Below are positions 61,904 through 64,000 of a stretch of 64,000 nt of DNA, in pieces. Origin of the DNA: Monocercomonoides exilis PA203. Taxonomy: Eukaryota > Protista > Preaxostyla. The stretch covers positions 310,001 through 374,000 of the forward strand of contig LSRY02000002.1 in assembly GCA_001643675.2 (NCBI GenBank), in the 5' to 3' direction. The position numbers and the translations under genes are program-made. Numbering within the stretch: the first letter of the stretch is position 1; each line of letters opens with the position of its first letter. Under the pieces are notes generated by a model. That model made no database searches. It was not told the origin of the DNA and worked only from the letters and a program-made list of their open reading frames with translations.

Positions 61904-64000
61904 TCACTTTTCTTTTTCCGAAAATGAGAAAATTGACGGAGAAGAAGAATGAAGAGACAAAAGTGAAGATATGTGTGAGAGAAGTCTTGTGCATACAACA
62001 ATTAGTGGAGCTTGAAAATAATCAGATTCTGTGTTTATTTTCAATGAATAAGGATGCTGACAAAGGAATTCTGATAGCCTTGCCAGAAGAGTATGCAAAG
62101 TGAGGAAATTCATTTGGATTGACAAACATTTTTGAGATAAAGAAATTGGTAAAAGCTGCGATGAATAGATTTGTTGATGGGCTTTGGGAGATGAAGAATA
62201 ATTTTGTTGATTTTCAGAAATTATGTTCAATTGACTATGCTTCAAACCAGAACCGGAAACAATTACGAGTGGAATGCAAGAATGTTCAATTTCTTTCTTC
62301 ACATTGTACTTAAATATTGGTGAATCAAACAAACGGTTTGTCCATGATCCAACAAATATTGTATTCACAGTTTCAGAAAACGTTACAGAAGACGCTTCAT
62401 ACAAAAATACTTTCATTATCCTCTCAAATCCGTGATAGAGCTTCAATGAATGAGGAGACTGAATATTTGAGTGGATTGAAGGAGGAAGAGGAAAAGATTC
62501 AAAGAAAGAGATCAAAGGTGACCAAATACTGAGAAGGAGTAGATCACGAGAAGAAATTGAAAGAAGAGCAGGAATTTTGTCGAACAACAAAGAAGACGAT
62601 GATTGGGCCGAAGAAGATGTTTGACATTGTAATGACGAAATGTTGGATGAACTGTAACTTTCCAAGGCATCATTTTGTTTACCACTAAATAATCCGATGA
62701 TGTCAATTCTTTGAGAATCTGCTGAATGAAGAGAAGAGAATAAACAGTCAAGTGCAGATAGAGCGATATGAGAAAGTGGAAGAGAGCATGGAATTAGTCG
62801 AGAAGAACCAAACTTTTGAAATGAATTGGAAATTGATTTTTGATTAAAACGATGCAAAGTCAATTTAGCCATCGAAGGATTTGCGATAGAAGCAAAAGGT
62901 GTTATGGCCGAAGAAGAGTAAGTTGATGAACTTGGATATTCTTCATTGAGAATCGAAAAGCAAGTGCAGAGCAAGTGGCTAAGAGGTGTCGAAAAAGAGA
63001 ACTCGTGGAGTTCTTCTTTGGAAGATGATGAATCTTCACAATTTAGGAATGATTGTGCCAACAGAGCTATATCATTCAATTTCTCTAATGAATTTCTTGG
63101 AATAATTGGAATTTTTCTCCCAACCTTTAACAGTTCAGAAAATCGTGAGAAAATGTTAAATGCCGAAAGAGGACTGCAATCTTTGCACTCACAAATTGAT
63201 CCAAGTTGTTGCCTTAATTTTTCTGAGTCTGCACTTGAAGCAGTGCATTCATTTTCTTTTTCCTCTTGCTGCTTGAGTTGATTGTTGTCTTCAATGTTCT
63301 CTCTATTTGAATCATTGCTATAACACTTCAAGACAAATGAGCTTGCATCTGGAATGAATGCATCCCCGAAAGACCGAAGCAGTAAAAGTGAAACTTCAGT
63401 TTCCGAACGGCAGATCGAAGCCATTGTGGGACGAGATGTGCTGAAAAGGAGAGGTGTTGAAAAAGAAGAGTCAAAAGCTGCGATCATATGACTTTGAGGT
63501 AGAAAGCTATCTGATGGTGCTGATTGAACATCTTGATTGTCATTTTTCAAATCTTGTTGGCTCAATCTTGAAGGCTCTGAATAAACATCCAAAGGCGTTA
63601 CTGAAAGAGTGGCAAGAGGTTCTGTAACCTCGATAATTGCTGAGCATTGCACATTTTTCACGCCAAAAGAATTATCAACGTCATGCATCAATTGCTTTGA
63701 CACTTTGCTTGCTGATTGCCCAAACTTGGATTTGATGATCTTCGCCCGAACCGAACTTCCATATGAGCATAGCAAATAATTAGACATATCACAAAACTGC
63801 TCTTTTAAAGCAGAGTTTTCTTTTTTTGAATTGTCTTCAATGAGAGATTCAGCAGAAGAGCTCTGCTTCAATGAAGCAGAACTCTGAGTCAAGTTTTGTG
63901 CACCGTCTTGTGAATTGTGCATGTCAGGAAGAACAAAAGCGTTTTTGACTGAATCAGAGTCTGATCTATCTGTTTGCACACACCATGAACTCGAAAAAGA
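61904..64000 (-). CDS. Large Ser-rich hypothetical protein, 5'-truncated by the window edge; 3' end may be spliced
   Basis: Frame open from the window end to the TGA at 61904 (>690 codons). The track start is a GTG. A GTGAAA donor-like site overlaps the stop. No recognisable domain. Confidence 0.7.
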   Translation of the reverse strand, partial: SFSSSWCVQTDRSDSDSVKNAFVLPDMHNSQDGAQNLTQSSASLKQSSSAESLIEDNSKKENSALKEQFCDMSNYLLCSYGSSVRAKIIKSKFGQSASKVSKQLMHDVDNSFGVKNVQCSAIIEVTEPLATLSVTPLDVYSEPSRLSQQDLKNDNQDVQSAPSDSFLPQSHMIAAFDSSFSTPLLFSTSRPTMASICRSETEVSLLLLRSFGDAFIPDASSFVLKCYSNDSNRENIEDNNQLKQQEEKENECTASSADSEKLRQQLGSICECKDCSPLSAFNIFSRFSELLKVGRKIPIIPRNSLEKLNDIALLAQSFLNCEDSSSSKEELHEFSFSTPLSHLLCTCFSILNEEYPSSSTYSSSAITPFASIANPSMAKLTLHRFNQKSISNSFQKFGSSRLIPCSLPLSHIALSALDCLFSSLHSADSQRIDIIGLFSGKQNDALESYSSSNISSLQCQTSSSAQSSSSLLFDKIPALLSISSRDLLLLSIWSPLISFFESFPLPPSIHSNIQSPHSLKLYHGFERIMKVFLYEASSVTFSETVNTIFVGSWTNRLFDSPIFKYNVKKEIEHSCIPLVIVSGSGLKHSQLNIISENQQNYSSSPKAHQQIYSSQLLPISLSQKCLSIQMNFLTLHTLLARLSEFLCQHPYSLKINTESDYFQAPLIVVCTRLLSHISSLLSLHSSSPSIFSFSEKEK

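Noticed and set aside
1-64000. tRNA, rRNA, snRNA or telomeric repeats
   Set aside because: None recognised by eye; tRNAscan-SE and Infernal were not run, so small RNAs cannot be excluded.

Overview
Eukaryotic, intron-containing protist DNA in the standard genetic code. Ser-rich proteins, GTNTG-type donors and giant beta-helix/TM/kinase-like genes resemble the oxymonad Monocercomonoides; this is recognition from memory, not a database result. The window has two compartments. (1) A compact core at 3.7-33.1 kb: a 5-exon KAP3 gene head-to-head with CLASP, a split-CxxC disordered protein, a putative longin-domain protein, a 9-exon SLC35B/UAA nucleotide-sugar transporter fragmented in the ORF track, and a ~4,407-aa ATG2-like lipid bridge. 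(2) Accessory zones at 1-3.6 kb and 33.2-61.5 kb: pseudogenes, a Merlin-like transposase relic, two MITE-like elements, dispersed repeats, and two apparently single-exon receptor-like genes (~3,940 and ~2,310 aa). The receptors share one plan: signal peptide, divergent beta-helix tip, 7 or 3 Cys-capped ~350-450-aa stalk modules, one TM helix and a dead kinase C-lobe. This modular pseudokinase receptor pair is the best candidate for an undescribed system. The window ends in a 5'-truncated Ser-rich gene. All exon structures are manual predictions checked only for GT-AG and frame continuity.
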